Below are positions 44,647 through 64,000 of a stretch of 64,000 nt of DNA, piece by piece. Made by a program: the position numbers and the translations under genes. The stretch lies in contig JAYPQH010000017.1 of assembly GCA_038131935.1 (NCBI GenBank), forward strand, positions 1-64,000, in the 5' to 3' direction. Below the pieces are notes generated by a model. The model made no database searches. It had not been told where the DNA came from and saw only the letters and a program-made list of their open reading frames with translations. Within the stretch, counting starts at the first letter, position 1, and each line of letters begins with the position of its first letter. Source of the DNA: Alphaproteobacteria bacterium. Its GTDB lineage: Bacteria; Pseudomonadota; Alphaproteobacteria; UBA8317.

Positions 44647-45195
44647 ATGGACAGAGCCCAGAAACGGGAAATGGTAGGCCAGCTTTCAGAGGTCTTTTCC
44701 CAAGCAGGGGTTGTGGTGGTTGCCCACTACACTGGTCTGACCGTGGCGGATATGACGCAATTACGTAGTCAAATTCGTGACGCAGGCGCTAACTTCAAAG
44801 TTGTAAAAAATCGCCTGGCTAAAATCGCTCTCCATGGCACGCCAATGCAAGGGATTGCAGAGAAGTTCAACGGCCCAACGGCTATTGCATATTCAAATGA
44901 TCCTGTCGCAGCTCCCAAGGTTGTTACCCAATTCGCCAAGAAAAATGATAAATTGGTTGTTTTGGGTGCGGCACTGGGCAATACTGTCCTTGATTTGGAT
45001 GGTGTGAAGGCCCTGGTGGATATGCCACCAATCGAAGACTTGCGTAGCAAGCTTCTGGGTCTTTTGCAGGCACCTGCTTCCAAGCTTGTGGGGCTTCCAA
45101 ATGCTCCAGCACAAAAGCTTGTTGGTGTCTTACCAGCACCTGGCAGCCAGTTGGCCCGCGTGTTCCAGGCTTATTCCTCGAGCCAAGCGGCCTGA
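44647..45195 (+). CDS. rplJ: 50S ribosomal protein L10
   Basis: [28 protein letters not shown]. Confidence 0.97.
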   Translation: MDRAQKREMVGQLSEVFSQAGVVVVAHYTGLTVADMTQLRSQIRDAGANFKVVKNRLAKIALHGTPMQGIAEKFNGPTAIAYSNDPVAAPKVVTQFAKKNDKLVVLGAALGNTVLDLDGVKALVDMPPIEDLRSKLLGLLQAPASKLVGLPNAPAQKLVGVLPAPGSQLARVFQAYSSSQAA

Positions 45196-45232
45196 GCGTA
45201 ATTTATCCACTTAACCGAAAGAGAGAAAGAAA

Positions 45233-45625
45233 ATGGCAAATCTTGAGCAACTCGTGGAAGATCTTTCTTCCCTTACAGTTCTTGAAGCAGCTGAATTGGC
45301 AAAGCTTCTTGAAGATAAATGGGGCGTTTCTGCTGCTGCTGCAGCGCCCATGGCTATGCCGATGCCAGGTATGATGCCTGCAGCAGGCGGAGAAGCCGAA
45401 GCAGCTGAAGAGAAGACTGAATTTGATGTCATTTTGACGTCAGCAGGCGACAAAAAGATCAATGTGATTAAAGAAGTTCGCGGCATTACAGGTCTTGGCC
45501 TGAAAGAAGCAAAAGAACTTGTAGAAGGTGCGCCAAAGCCAATCAAAGAAGGTGTATCTAAGGATGAAGCAGAAGAGCTGAAGAAGAAGCTTGAAGAAGC
45601 CGGTGCCGGCGTTGAGCTTAAGTAA
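45233..45625 (+). CDS. rplL: 50S ribosomal protein L7/L12
   Basis: [30 protein letters not shown]. Confidence 0.98.
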   Translation: MANLEQLVEDLSSLTVLEAAELAKLLEDKWGVSAAAAAPMAMPMPGMMPAAGGEAEAAEEKTEFDVILTSAGDKKINVIKEVRGITGLGLKEAKELVEGAPKPIKEGVSKDEAEELKKKLEEAGAGVELK

Positions 45626-45654
45626 GCTTTGCTGCAGAGCATAGAAGAAAATCC

Positions 45655-45685
45655 AGGAAGCGCAAGCATGCTCGCGCTTCCTTTT
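45655..45685 (+). terminator. Intrinsic terminator/attenuator between rplL and rpoB
   Basis: AGGAAGCGC...GCGCTTCCT stem followed by T residues. Confidence 0.7.
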
Positions 45686-45723
45686 CGCCGTTATGGCATG
45701 GCAGTTATTTAAAGGGGTCAGAT

Positions 45724-54001
<8,278 letters not shown>

Positions 54002-54204
54002 GGGCTAACACTTGACGGGGCTGGCTGATGTCGTGTAATGGCCAGCTCTTACATATCCAATATTTGTTCATGGCGTGAACGGGTTGGATTTGTTCAGCGG
54101 TCGAATGGCTGTTCAAGATACGATATTCGTATCCTCTGGAAATCAAGGGTGCTTGGATAATCCGAGCGCTCATAATGTTTTTGTTGTGTAAGAAGGCGGG
54201 AAAT

Positions 54205-54576
54205 ATGCCCACGATTAACCAGTTAATCCGTAAGCCGCGTCAGGCCCAGGTGAAACGTAATAAAGTACCTGCTCTGTTGGCTTGTCCACAGAGACGCGGT
54301 GTGTGTACGCGTGTTTATACGACCACGCCAAAGAAGCCAAACTCTGCATTGCGTAAGGTCGCAAAGATACGTTTGACATCAGGCTTTGAGGTGATCGGAT
54401 ATATTCCGGGTGAGGGTCACAATTTGCAGGAGCACTCTGTTGTTCTCATCAGAGGTGGACGTGTGAAAGACCTTCCAGGTGTGCGTTATCATATTTTACG
54501 CGGCGTGCTTGACACACAAGGTGTTAAGGATCGTAAGCAGCGTCGTTCTAAATATGGCGCTAAGCGTCCTAAATAA
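54205..54576 (+). CDS. rpsL: 30S ribosomal protein S12
   Basis: [25 protein letters not shown]. Confidence 0.99.
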   Translation: MPTINQLIRKPRQAQVKRNKVPALLACPQRRGVCTRVYTTTPKKPNSALRKVAKIRLTSGFEVIGYIPGEGHNLQEHSVVLIRGGRVKDLPGVRYHILRGVLDTQGVKDRKQRRSKYGAKRPK

Positions 54577-54588
54577 GGAGATACACGA

Positions 54589-55059
54589 ATGTCACGACGT
54601 CATCGCGCGGAAAAAAGAGAAGTTTTGCCAGATGCTAAGTTTGGCGACGTTATCCTGACCAAATTTATGAATAACTTGATGTTGGACGGAAAAAAGTCGG
54701 TTGCTGAGCGTATTGTTTATGGCGCTCTTGATCGGATTGAAACCAAGTTGAAAACCGATCCTTTGTCAATTTTCCACGAGGCTCTTACCAACGTGTCGCC
54801 TGCTGTTGAAGTTCGTTCGAGACGTGTTGGTGGTGCGACATACCAGGTTCCTGTAGAAGTGCGTCCGGATCGTCGTCAGGCGTTGGCTGTGCGCTGGTTG
54901 ATCAATGCCGCGCGGTCCAGGGGGGAAACCACCATGGAAGAGCGGCTTTCAGCAGAGCTTGTTGATGCGGCTAACAACAGAGGGAATGCTGTGAAGAAGC
55001 GCGAAGATACGCACAAGATGGCTGAGGCCAACCGCGCGTTCTCGCATTATCGTTGGTAA
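54589..55059 (+). CDS. rpsG: 30S ribosomal protein S7
   Basis: [24 protein letters not shown]. Confidence 0.99.
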   Translation: MSRRHRAEKREVLPDAKFGDVILTKFMNNLMLDGKKSVAERIVYGALDRIETKLKTDPLSIFHEALTNVSPAVEVRSRRVGGATYQVPVEVRPDRRQALAVRWLINAARSRGETTMEERLSAELVDAANNRGNAVKKREDTHKMAEANRAFSHYRW

Positions 55060-55088
55060 TTTTTTAAATATTTTTTTGAGGCATACAG

Positions 55089-57170
55089 ATGGCACGCGAT
55101 AAGCAGCTAAGCGAATACCGCAACATAGGGATCATGGCACATATTGATGCTGGTAAGACCACGACCACAGAACGGATTTTGTTCTACACTGGTCGTAGTC
55201 ATAAGATTGGTGAGGTTCATGATGGTGCGGCCACTATGGACTGGATGGAGCAGGAGCAAGAGCGCGGTATAACAATCACGTCTGCTGCAACCACATGTTT
55301 TTGGCGCGATCACCGTATTAATATTATCGACACGCCGGGGCACGTTGATTTTACGATCGAAGTGGAACGTTCTTTGCGTGTTCTCGATGGAGCTGTTGCG
55401 GTATTTGACGGCAACGCTGGTGTTGAGCCGCAAACAGAAACGGTATGGCGTCAAGCTGACAAGTATCGCGTACCGCGCATGTGTTTCGTGAACAAGATGG
55501 ACAAGATGGGTGCTGATTTTTATCGCACCTACGACATGATCATTGATCGCTTGGGTGCGACCCCGCTTGCAATTCAAATTCCTGTTGGTGCTGAGGACAA
55601 GTATGAAGGTTTGATTGATCTCATCCGGATGAAAAACGTCGTTTGGGAAGGTGAAAATCTTGGTGCGTCTTACACATATGAGGACATCCCAGAAGACTTG
55701 AAGGATCAGGCCGAAGAGTGGCGCAATAAGATGATCGAAACGGTCGTTGAATTGGACGAAGAAGCGCTTGAGGCTTATCTTGAAGGTGAAGAGCCATCTG
55801 AAGACAAAATAAGGGAACTCATCCGCAAAGGTACCATTAATTTTGATTTTGTACCTGTATTATGTGGTTCCGCTTTTAAAAATAAGGGTGTCCAGCCTTT
55901 GTTGGATGCTGTCGTCGATTTCCTGCCATCTCCTGTTGATGTTGAGTCTATTAAGGGTTTCAAAGTTGGTGATGAGACAGTTGAGGTGCCTCGTAAGGCG
56001 GATGATAATGAGCCGTTTTCAGCGCTCGCCTTTAAGATCATGAACGACCCATTTGTTGGATCGCTGACATTTACGCGTGTATATTCAGGGGTTATTGAAG
56101 CGGGTCAATCTGTTATTAACCCTGCGAAAGATAAGCGCGAGCGTGTTGGTCGTATGTTGCTTATGCATTCTAATCACCGTGAAGAGATTAAAGAAGCGCG
56201 CGCTGGTGATATCGTTGCGATTGTCGGTTTGAAGGATACAACTACTGGCGATACTTTGTGTGACCCAGTTAAGCCTGTGGTGCTTGAGTCAATGGAATTC
56301 CCTGATCCTGTTATTGAGATCGCTGTTGAGCCAAAGACGAAGGCTGACCAGGAAAAAATGTCAAATGCTCTTCAGCGTTTGGCGCAAGAAGATCCGTCTT
56401 TCCGCGTAACGTCTGATATTGAGTCCGGCCAGACCATTTTAAAGGGGATGGGTGAACTTCACTTAGATATCTTAATTGATCGCATGAAGCGCGAATTTAA
56501 GGTGGAGGCCAATATTGGTGCCCCACAAGTTGCCTACCGTGAGACATTAGGTCGGGAAATTGAGGTTGATTATACCCATAAGAAGCAATCTGGTGGTTCG
56601 GGTCAGTTTGCACGGGTTAAAATGATTGTATCTCCGAACGAGCCTGGTCAAGGTGAATCTTTTACATCCGAGATCGTTGGGGGCTCTGTCCCACGCGAGT
56701 ATATCCCTGGTGTTGAGAAGGGCATTAATTCAGTTAAAGACTCCGGTCCGTTGGCTGGCTTCCCTGTTATAGATTTCAATGTTCGGCTCATTGATGGTGC
56801 ATACCATGATGTCGACTCATCCGTTCTTGCATTTGAAATTGCCGGCAGAGCCGCGATGCGGGAGGCCATTCAGAAGGCGGATCCCAAGCTGCTTGAGCCA
56901 ATCATGAAGGTCGAGGTTGTAACCCCAGAAGAGTATATGGGTGATGTCATTGGTGATCTTAATAGCCGCCGAGGTCAAATCTCAGGTACAGAGTCTCGTG
57001 GTGTTGCGACTGTGATTATGGCTAATGTTCCACTGGCCAACATGTTTGGTTATGTGAACAACCTTCGCTCGATGACGCAGGGCAGAGCGCAGTATTCTAT
57101 GGTCTTTTCACATTATGAACCTGTTCCAAACGCTGTCGCTGAAGAAATCAAAGCGAAATACGCAAGCTGA
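55089..57170 (+). CDS. fusA: Elongation factor G
   Basis: [34 protein letters not shown]. Confidence 0.99.
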   Translation: MARDKQLSEYRNIGIMAHIDAGKTTTTERILFYTGRSHKIGEVHDGAATMDWMEQEQERGITITSAATTCFWRDHRINIIDTPGHVDFTIEVERSLRVLDGAVAVFDGNAGVEPQTETVWRQADKYRVPRMCFVNKMDKMGADFYRTYDMIIDRLGATPLAIQIPVGAEDKYEGLIDLIRMKNVVWEGENLGASYTYEDIPEDLKDQAEEWRNKMIETVVELDEEALEAYLEGEEPSEDKIRELIRKGTINFDFVPVLCGSAFKNKGVQPLLDAVVDFLPSPVDVESIKGFKVGDETVEVPRKADDNEPFSALAFKIMNDPFVGSLTFTRVYSGVIEAGQSVINPAKDKRERVGRMLLMHSNHREEIKEARAGDIVAIVGLKDTTTGDTLCDPVKPVVLESMEFPDPVIEIAVEPKTKADQEKMSNALQRLAQEDPSFRVTSDIESGQTILKGMGELHLDILIDRMKREFKVEANIGAPQVAYRETLGREIEVDYTHKKQSGGSGQFARVKMIVSPNEPGQGESFTSEIVGGSVPREYIPGVEKGINSVKDSGPLAGFPVIDFNVRLIDGAYHDVDSSVLAFEIAGRAAMREAIQKADPKLLEPIMKVEVVTPEEYMGDVIGDLNSRRGQISGTESRGVATVIMANVPLANMFGYVNNLRSMTQGRAQYSMVFSHYEPVPNAVAEEIKAKYAS

Positions 57171-57197
57171 TTTATTTTTATTTAAGGAGTTTATGTC

Positions 57198-58388
57198 ATG
57201 GCAAAAGCAAAGTTTGAGCGTAACAAGCCGCACTGCAACATAGGGACGATTGGGCATGTTGACCATGGTAAGACGTCATTGACTGCAGCGATCACGAAGA
57301 TATTGGCGGAAGCTGGTGGAGCTGAGTTTGCGGCCTATGATGATATTGATAAGGCCCCGGAAGAGAAGGCCCGTGGTATAACGATATCGACGGCACATGT
57401 TGAGTATGAGACGGAAGCCCGTCACTATGCGCATGTTGATTGCCCAGGTCACGCGGATTACGTGAAGAACATGATCACGGGAGCTGCGCAGATGGACGGA
57501 GCGATATTGGTTGTTTCAGCTGCTGATGGGCCTATGCCGCAGACACGTGAGCATATTTTGTTGGCACGTCAGGTTGGTGTTCCAGCGTTGGTTGTGTTTT
57601 TGAACAAGGTAGATCAGGTAGACGACGAAGAGTTGTTGGAGCTTGTAGAGATGGAAGTTCAAGAGCTTTTGACGGAGTATGAGTTTCCTGGTGATGAGAT
57701 TCCGATTATTAAGGGTTCAGCGTTGTCAGCGTTGGAAGATCGGAATGACGAGATTGGTCGTAATGCGATATTGGAGCTGATGCAGGCTGTTGATGATTAT
57801 ATTCCGCAGCCGGATCGTCCGATTGACCAGGACTTTTTGATGCCGATTGAAGATGTATTTTCGATTTCGGGTCGTGGTACTGTTGTGACGGGACGTATTG
57901 AGCGTGGTATTTTGTCAGTAGGTGATGAAGTCGAGATTATTGGGATCCGGGATACGCAGAAGACGACCTGTACAGGTGTTGAGATGTTCCGTAAGTTGTT
58001 GGATCGCGGAGAAGCTGGAGACAATGTTGGAGCGTTGTTGCGTGGTATTGACCGTGAGGGTGTTGAGCGAGGTCAGGTATTGGCGAAGCCAGGATCGATT
58101 AAGCCGCACACGAAGTTTAAGGCTGAGACTTATATTTTGACGAAGGAAGAAGGTGGTCGTCACACGCCATTTTTTGCGAATTATCGTCCTCAGTTTTACT
58201 TCCGGACGACGGATGTTACCGGGATGGTGAAGTTACCGGATGGAACAGAGATGGTTATGCCTGGAGATAACATTGCGCTTGAGGTTGAGTTGATAGCTCC
58301 GATTGCGATGGAAGAGGGTTTACGCTTTGCGATCCGTGAAGGTGGCCGCACGGTCGGTGCTGGGGTTGTGGCGACAGTTCTGGACTGA
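57198..58388 (+). CDS. tuf: Elongation factor Tu (str-operon copy)
   Basis: Protein identical to the 40939-42129 copy. Confidence 0.99.
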   Translation: MAKAKFERNKPHCNIGTIGHVDHGKTSLTAAITKILAEAGGAEFAAYDDIDKAPEEKARGITISTAHVEYETEARHYAHVDCPGHADYVKNMITGAAQMDGAILVVSAADGPMPQTREHILLARQVGVPALVVFLNKVDQVDDEELLELVEMEVQELLTEYEFPGDEIPIIKGSALSALEDRNDEIGRNAILELMQAVDDYIPQPDRPIDQDFLMPIEDVFSISGRGTVVTGRIERGILSVGDEVEIIGIRDTQKTTCTGVEMFRKLLDRGEAGDNVGALLRGIDREGVERGQVLAKPGSIKPHTKFKAETYILTKEEGGRHTPFFANYRPQFYFRTTDVTGMVKLPDGTEMVMPGDNIALEVELIAPIAMEEGLRFAIREGGRTVGAGVVATVLD

Positions 58389-58458
58389 TCTGTCCAACAT
58401 GTAAGGTTCCCGACCGGGCTATTGGTTCCCGGTCGGTGTTGTTTTAGGAAGGTTTGAA

Positions 58459-58767
58459 ATGCTTGGTCAAAATATAAGAATCCGTCTCAAGGCGTTTGAT
58501 CATCGAATTCTCGATGCGTCTACAAAAGAGATCGTGAATACTGCTAAAAGAACAGGTGCCCAGGTTCGTGGGCCCATACCATTGCCGACTCGTATTGAGC
58601 GTTTCACCGTTCTTCGTTCTCCTCACATCGATAAGAAAAGTCGTGAGCAGTTCGAAATGCGCACACATAAGCGCATGTTAGATATAGTTGATCCAACACC
58701 CCAGACAATTGATGCGCTGATGAAACTTGATTTGGCTGCGGGTGTGGATGTTGAAATTCGGACTTAA
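58459..58767 (+). CDS. rpsJ: 30S ribosomal protein S10
   Basis: [24 protein letters not shown]. Confidence 0.99.
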   Translation: MLGQNIRIRLKAFDHRILDASTKEIVNTAKRTGAQVRGPIPLPTRIERFTVLRSPHIDKKSREQFEMRTHKRMLDIVDPTPQTIDALMKLDLAAGVDVEIRT

Positions 58768-58778
58768 GGGGATTGACC

Positions 58779-59537
58779 ATGCGTTCGGGACTAATCGCCC
58801 AAAAAATGGGCATGACCAGGATTTACTCTCCTGACGGTAAGGGGATACCTGTTACCGTGTTAAAGGTTGATAATTGCCAAGTTGTTGGCCATCGCACGAA
58901 GGAGCAGAACGGCTACACCGCTGTTCAGCTTGGAGCTGGTAACAGAAAGGCGAAAAATGTGAGCAGGGCAATGCGTGGTCACTTTGCTATTGCTGAGGTT
59001 GAACCCAAGCATAAGCTTGTTGAGTTTCGTGTTTCTGATGACAATTTGATTGCTGTGGGTGCTTCTATGAAGGCTGACCACTTTGTGGCTGGTCAGTTTG
59101 TTGATGTTGTGGGGACGTCGATTGGTAAGGGCTTTGCTGGTGCCATGAAACGCCATAACTTCGGTGGTTTAAGAGCCTCACACGGCGTGTCTATTTCGCA
59201 CCGTTCACATGGTTCCACAGGTCAATGTCAGGACCCGGGCCGTGTTTTTAAGGGTAAAAAGATGGCCGGGCATATGGGTGCTGAGCGCGTTACCGCACAA
59301 AATTTAGAAGTTATTGGTATCGACAATGAGCGCGGGCTTGTTTTGGTAAAAGGTGCGGTTCCTGGTTCTAAGGGCGGTTGGGTTATGATTCGTGACGCCG
59401 CGAAAAAGTCGTTGCCTGCTGGCGCGCCAAAACCGGGTTCTTTTGTTCTTCCTGGCGAAGAATTGGCTCAGGTAGATACCTCAATTGCTTCTGGTGATGC
59501 TGCTCCTGAAGTGCAAGGACAGGGAGCAGAGGCATGA
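58779..59537 (+). CDS. rplC: 50S ribosomal protein L3
   Basis: [20 protein letters not shown]. Confidence 0.98.
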   Translation: MRSGLIAQKMGMTRIYSPDGKGIPVTVLKVDNCQVVGHRTKEQNGYTAVQLGAGNRKAKNVSRAMRGHFAIAEVEPKHKLVEFRVSDDNLIAVGASMKADHFVAGQFVDVVGTSIGKGFAGAMKRHNFGGLRASHGVSISHRSHGSTGQCQDPGRVFKGKKMAGHMGAERVTAQNLEVIGIDNERGLVLVKGAVPGSKGGWVMIRDAAKKSLPAGAPKPGSFVLPGEELAQVDTSIASGDAAPEVQGQGAEA

Positions 59538-60151
59538 AGATTGATATTAAAAATGTTGGCGCAGACAAAGTGGGTGAGATGGATCTTGCTGATTCCATTT
59601 TTGGTGTCGAAGCTCGCTCAGATATATTGCATAGAGTTGTCACGTGGCAGTTGGCGAAGCGTCAGGCAGGCACACACGCCACAAAAACCCGTTCACAGGT
59701 TGTTGGTTCTGGTCGCAAAATTGTTCGTCAAAAAGGTAGCGGTGGTGCTCGTCACGGTGACAAGTATGCGACCCAATTTCGTGGTGGTGGTATCCCTCAT
59801 GGACCCAAAGCTCGTAGTCATGCGGTCAGCTTGAATAAGAAAATTCGCTCTTTGGGACTTAAAATGGCTCTTTCATCTAAGGCTCAGCAGGGTAGATTGA
59901 TTGTTGTTGATGACATGGTTCTCTCTGATTACAAGACCAAAGATGCAAAGGCATTCATAGATCGGTTTGGGATCAATTCGGGATTGTTTTTGGATGTTGA
60001 TTTCAAGAAAGAGTTTGTTGCGAGTGCACGTAACCTCGTTGGTGTGGATTTAATTCCAGTTGCTGGTGCAAATGTTTACGATATTTTGCGTCGTGATTTT
60101 TTGGTTTTGTCAAAAGCTGCAGCTGAAAAACTTGAGGAGCGATTGTCATGA
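59534..60151 (+). CDS. rplD: 50S ribosomal protein L4
   Basis: [23 protein letters not shown]. Confidence 0.98.
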   Translation: MKIDIKNVGADKVGEMDLADSIFGVEARSDILHRVVTWQLAKRQAGTHATKTRSQVVGSGRKIVRQKGSGGARHGDKYATQFRGGGIPHGPKARSHAVSLNKKIRSLGLKMALSSKAQQGRLIVVDDMVLSDYKTKDAKAFIDRFGINSGLFLDVDFKKEFVASARNLVGVDLIPVAGANVYDILRRDFLVLSKAAAEKLEERLS

Positions 60152-60441
60152 GCAATCTACGCCATTATGACGTTATTCTTTCACCTGTTATCACAGAAAA
60201 AGCTACACTTGGCTCCGAATTTGGGCAGGTGCAGTTTAAAGTGGCAATTGACGCCAACAAGCTTGAAATCAAACGAGCCGTGGAAGAGCTTTTTGATGTA
60301 AAGGTCAAGGCTGTGAACACGATAAAGGTAAAAGGTAAGACGAAGTTGTTTCGTGGGCGCGTTGGGCGTCGGAGTGATTACAAAAAAGCTATTGTTAGCC
60401 TCGAAGATGGTCACTCTATTGATGTAACAACCGGCGTTTGA
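60148..60441 (+). CDS. rplW: 50S ribosomal protein L23
   Basis: [26 protein letters not shown]. Confidence 0.98.
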   Translation: MSNLRHYDVILSPVITEKATLGSEFGQVQFKVAIDANKLEIKRAVEELFDVKVKAVNTIKVKGKTKLFRGRVGRRSDYKKAIVSLEDGHSIDVTTGV

Positions 60442-60454
60442 GAAGGGGATTACG

Positions 60455-61291
60455 ATGGCTTTAAAACAATACAAACCTAATACCCCTGGTCAACGTACTT
60501 TGGTTCTTGTTGATCGTTCACAGCTTTGGAAGGGTGGGCCTGTTAAGTCTTTGACAGAGGGTCTTACCAAGTCTGGTGGTCGTAATAATAATGGACGTGT
60601 TACTGCGCGTCGTCGCGGCGGTGGCCACAAGCGCTCGTACCGTATTATTGACTTCAAGCGCCGTAAATTTGACGTCCCTGCAACAATCGAACGTTTGGAA
60701 TATGATCCAAACAGAACTGCCTTCATTGCTTTGGTTCGGTATGAAGATGGTGAGCTTGCATATGTTCTTGCTCCGCAGCGTGTTGCTGTTGGTGACGTCA
60801 TTGTTTCTGGGAGCAAGGTTGATGTGCGCCCAGGTAATGCAATGCCTTTTACGGGAATGCCTGTTGGTACAATTGTACATAACGTAGAATTGAAGCCTGG
60901 TGCGGGTGGAAAGATTGCACGTTCAGCTGGTGCGTATGCTCAATATGTTGGTCGTGATGGTGGCTATGCTGTCTTGCGTCTTTCTTCTGGGGAGCAGCGT
61001 GTCGTTCTTGCTGATTGCATGGCAACGGTGGGCGCTGTTTCAAATGCGGACCATATGAACCAAAATTTTGGTAAGGCGGGTCGTAACCGGTGGAAGGGTA
61101 AAAGGCCTTCTGTTCGTGGTGTGGCGATGAACCCGATTGATCACCCGCATGGTGGTGGTGAAGGACGTACATCCGGTGGACGTCATCCTGTTACGCCTTG
61201 GGGTAAACCTACGAAAGGTAAACGGACTCGTTCAAATAAATCTACCGATAAATATATTACGCGCAGCAGACATCTGCGTAAGCAGCGCTAA
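60455..61291 (+). CDS. rplB: 50S ribosomal protein L2
   Basis: [25 protein letters not shown]. Confidence 0.99.
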   Translation: MALKQYKPNTPGQRTLVLVDRSQLWKGGPVKSLTEGLTKSGGRNNNGRVTARRRGGGHKRSYRIIDFKRRKFDVPATIERLEYDPNRTAFIALVRYEDGELAYVLAPQRVAVGDVIVSGSKVDVRPGNAMPFTGMPVGTIVHNVELKPGAGGKIARSAGAYAQYVGRDGGYAVLRLSSGEQRVVLADCMATVGAVSNADHMNQNFGKAGRNRWKGKRPSVRGVAMNPIDHPHGGGEGRTSGGRHPVTPWGKPTKGKRTRSNKSTDKYITRSRHLRKQR

Positions 61292-61302
61292 GGAGTTCAT
61301 TT

Positions 61303-61582
61303 ATGGCACGTTCAGTCTGGAAGGGCCCTTTTGTTGATCATTATTTGTTCAAGAAGGTTGAAGCGGCTCAGGAATCTAAGAAAAAAGAAGTGATTAAGAT
61401 TTGGTCTCGCAGATCTACAATCCTTCCGCATTTTGTTGGGCTTACTTTTGGCGTTTACAATGGGCAAAAACATATTCCTGTGAATGTTACAGAGGATATG
61501 ATTGGGCATAAGTTCGGTGAATTTGCTCCCCACACGTACCTATTACGGTCATGGTGCGGACAAGAAAGCCAAGAGGAAATAG
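61303..61582 (+). CDS. rpsS: 30S ribosomal protein S19 (1 extra C near 61530, likely error)
   Basis: [10 protein letters not shown]...GHKFGEFAP; removing one C gives [16 protein letters not shown]-stop at 61582. Confidence 0.96.
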
Positions 61583-61584
61583 GC

Positions 61585-61965
61585 ATGGGTAAGAAATCTG
61601 CAGCAAGGGCTCTGCCCGATAATGAAGCTAAAGCGGTACTTAGGATGCTAAGGGTTAGTCCGCAAAAATTAAATGTGGTAGCGGGTATGATCCGTGGAAA
61701 GCCTGTTGATAAAGCGTTGACCGCTTTGTCCTTTTCACGTCGTCGGATAGCTGATGATGTAAGGAAATGTTTGCAGTCAGCGGTTGCCAACGCCGAAAAC
61801 AATCATGATTTAGATGTTGATAGCTTGATCGTAAGTGAAGCCAGTGTTGGTAAAAACCTTGTCATGAAGCGCTTCAAACCGCGGGCACGAGGCCGCATGG
61901 GTCGCATTCAGAAGCCATTTTCGCAACTAACGATCGTGGTCCGTAGCATGGAGGAACAAGCCTAA
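61585..61965 (+). CDS. rplV: 50S ribosomal protein L22
   Basis: Own ATG at 61585; [22 protein letters not shown]. Confidence 0.97.
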   Translation: MGKKSAARALPDNEAKAVLRMLRVSPQKLNVVAGMIRGKPVDKALTALSFSRRRIADDVRKCLQSAVANAENNHDLDVDSLIVSEASVGKNLVMKRFKPRARGRMGRIQKPFSQLTIVVRSMEEQA

Positions 61966-62657
61966 TGGGACAGAAAATTAATCCAATTGGCTTTCGTTTG
62001 GGTATTAACCGGACTTGGGAATCACGTTGGTTTGCCGTGAAAGGCGAGTATGGTAAATTGCTTCATGAAGACTTGGCGATAAGGAACTTTTTGCGCAAGA
62101 ATTTGACGCAAGCCGGCATCGGTAAGATTGTTATTGAGCGTCCACACAAGAAATGTCGCGTAACGCTTTATTCTGCACGCCCTGGTGTTATTATCGGTAA
62201 AAAAGGCGCAGATATTGAGAAGCTTCGTAAGCAGCTAAGTCGCTTTACCGAGTCAGAATTACATTTGAATATTGTAGAAATTCGAAAGCCAGAGATAGAT
62301 GCCACGTTGATTGCCGAGTCAGTTGCCCAGCAATTGGAACGTCGCGTTGCTTTTCGTCGGGCTATGAAACGAGCTATGCAAAATGCCATGAGGATGGGTG
62401 CATTAGGTATTCGTATTTCTTGTGCTGGTCGTCTGGGTGGAGCTGAGATTGCTCGTACAGAACAATATCGTGAGGGACGTGTTCCTCTTCATACATTGCG
62501 TGCCGACATTGATTATGGAGAGGCTCGTTCTTTTAGTGCATATGGGATTAGTGGCATTAAAGTCTGGGTGTTTAAGGGAGAAGTGATGGATCATGATCCT
62601 TCTGCCCAAGAGCGTCGTATGCAGGAAATGCAAGAAGGTAGCCGTCCTCGTCTCTGA
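61965..62657 (+). CDS. rpsC: 30S ribosomal protein S3
   Basis: [26 protein letters not shown]. Confidence 0.99.
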   Translation: MGQKINPIGFRLGINRTWESRWFAVKGEYGKLLHEDLAIRNFLRKNLTQAGIGKIVIERPHKKCRVTLYSARPGVIIGKKGADIEKLRKQLSRFTESELHLNIVEIRKPEIDATLIAESVAQQLERRVAFRRAMKRAMQNAMRMGALGIRISCAGRLGGAEIARTEQYREGRVPLHTLRADIDYGEARSFSAYGISGIKVWVFKGEVMDHDPSAQERRMQEMQEGSRPRL

Positions 62658-62690
62658 CAGGGCGGATGTTAACGAAAGGATTGTCAGGTT

Positions 62691-63104
62691 ATGCTGCAGC
62701 CAAAACGTACAAAATTTCGGAAGATGCACAAGGGTCGTATCCACGGCGTTGCGCATCGTGGTAGTACACTTAACTTTGGCTCTTTCGGCTTGAAGACCGT
62801 CGAGCCTGAGCGGATTACGTCGCGCCAAATCGAGGCGGCAAGGCGTGCTATTACAAGACATATGAAGAGACAGGGTCGTGTTTGGATTCGGGTTTTCCCA
62901 GATGTACCTGTTTCAAAGAAGCCGACAGAAGTTCGAATGGGTAAGGGTAAGGGTTCTCCAGAATATTGGGCAGCCAAGATCAAGCCTGGTCGCATTATGT
63001 TTGAAGTTGACGGTGTGAGTGAACCTGTGGCACGCGAGGCGCTTCGTTTGGGTGGTGAAAAACTTCCTGTTCGCTGGAAGATTGTCGCGCGCATTGAAGA
63101 GTAA
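62691..63104 (+). CDS. rplP: 50S ribosomal protein L16
   Basis: [18 protein letters not shown]. Confidence 0.99.
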   Translation: MLQPKRTKFRKMHKGRIHGVAHRGSTLNFGSFGLKTVEPERITSRQIEAARRAITRHMKRQGRVWIRVFPDVPVSKKPTEVRMGKGKGSPEYWAAKIKPGRIMFEVDGVSEPVAREALRLGGEKLPVRWKIVARIEE

Positions 63105-63118
63105 TTGAGGATATTGAA

Positions 63119-63325
63119 ATGATGAAGGCTAATGAAGTTCGCGCAATGTCCGTAGACCAATTGCAAGACGAGTTGGTAAAATTGAAACGTGCGCAGTTAA
63201 ATTTGCGCTTTCAACAGGCAACTGGTCAGCTTGAGAAGAGTTCGGAGTTTAAGCGTGTGCGTCGGAATATTGCGCGCATTAAGACCATGCTAGCGGAAAA
63301 AACCAACGCAACCGTTGGTGCCTGA
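63119..63325 (+). CDS. rpmC: 50S ribosomal protein L29
   Basis: [20 protein letters not shown]. Confidence 0.97.
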   Translation: MMKANEVRAMSVDQLQDELVKLKRAQLNLRFQQATGQLEKSSEFKRVRRNIARIKTMLAEKTNATVGA

Positions 63326-63336
63326 GGGGAAATAAG

Positions 63337-63579
63337 ATGCCTAAAAGAATGCTTCAAGGTCAGGTAGTGAGTGACAAAAGTGATAAAACGATTGTTGTGC
63401 GTGTGGAACGGCGCTTTACCCACCCTGCTATGAAAAAAACAGTCCGTACATCCAAAAAGTATCATGCACATGACGAGTTGAATACGGCTCGTGAAGGTCA
63501 AGTGGTGTGGATTGAGGAATGTGTTCCTATCTCTAAGAACAAAAAGTGGAAGCTTGTGGTAGAATCCACAGCATCTTGA
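63337..63579 (+). CDS. rpsQ: 30S ribosomal protein S17
   Basis: [28 protein letters not shown]. Confidence 0.98.
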   Translation: MPKRMLQGQVVSDKSDKTIVVRVERRFTHPAMKKTVRTSKKYHAHDELNTAREGQVVWIEECVPISKNKKWKLVVESTAS

Positions 63580-63609
63580 AATTATGGCAATTCTAAGGAG
63601 TAGAATGTA

Positions 63610-63978
63610 ATGATACAGATGCAAACCAACTTGGACGTTGCGGATAATTCTGGGGCGCGCCGGGTGCAGTGCATCAAGGTTCTTGGTGGTGCGAAACGAC
63701 GTACTGCCTCTATTGGCGACATCATTGTTGTGTCTGTCAAAGAAGCGATCCCTCGCGGTCGTGTAAAAAAGGGCCAGGTGTTAAAGGCGGTTGTGGTTCG
63801 TACAGCGAAGGAAACGCGCCGCCCAGACGGTAGTGTAATACGCTTTGATCGCAATGCTGCGGTTTTATTGGGCAACAACGGCGAACCTATTGGTACACGC
63901 ATATTCGGTCCTGTTACGCGGGAACTGCGCTCACGTGGCCAAATGAAGGTGATCTCTTTGGCGCCGGAGGTGTTGTGA
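63610..63978 (+). CDS. rplN: 50S ribosomal protein L14
   Basis: [31 protein letters not shown]. Confidence 0.99.
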   Translation: MIQMQTNLDVADNSGARRVQCIKVLGGAKRRTASIGDIIVVSVKEAIPRGRVKKGQVLKAVVVRTAKETRRPDGSVIRFDRNAAVLLGNNGEPIGTRIFGPVTRELRSRGQMKVISLAPEVL

Positions 63979-64000
63979 TGCAGAGAATTAGAAAAGGCGA
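63978..64000 (+). CDS. rplX: 50S ribosomal protein L24, 5' fragment cut by the window edge
   Basis: ATG overlaps the rplN stop; MQRIRKG...; expected spc-operon position. Confidence 0.8.

Noticed and set aside
61303-61965. S19-L22 fusion protein shown in the ORF track
   Set aside because: One extra C near 61530 creates it; the normal S19 end and stop (61582) and the L22 ATG (61585) are both present.

Overview
Alphaproteobacterial chromosome segment with three parts. (1) 1-14.6 kb: an accessory region at the 3' end of tRNA-Leu(UAA), with att-like signals. It is dominated by one ~11.8 kb RTX/type-I-secreted gene with three different zinc-metallopeptidase modules (metzincin-like, M60, M66-like with an atypical HEXXGH motif), plus a decayed Ig-repeat gene. 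(2) 14.6-40.8 kb: housekeeping genes (NAD kinase, moaA, DUF1674, MDR dehydrogenase, racemase, TauE, enoyl-CoA hydratase, metG, rlmB), several very small ORFs, and a serine-recombinase relic at tRNA-Thr. A ~15.8 kb block separates tRNA-Tyr from tRNA-Gly; it holds an output-less Cache-type sensor, a ~12.7 kb PKD-repeat autotransporter and a ferric-reductase-like gene. (3) 40.9-64 kb: the conserved tuf-trnW-secE-nusG-rplKAJL-rpoBC-str-S10-spc cluster. Single-base indels in short homopolymers break essential genes (rplK, rpoC, rpsS), so most frameshifts here are probably sequencing or consensus errors, and I joined the fragments on that basis. All family assignments come from motif recognition by eye; no database searches were run.
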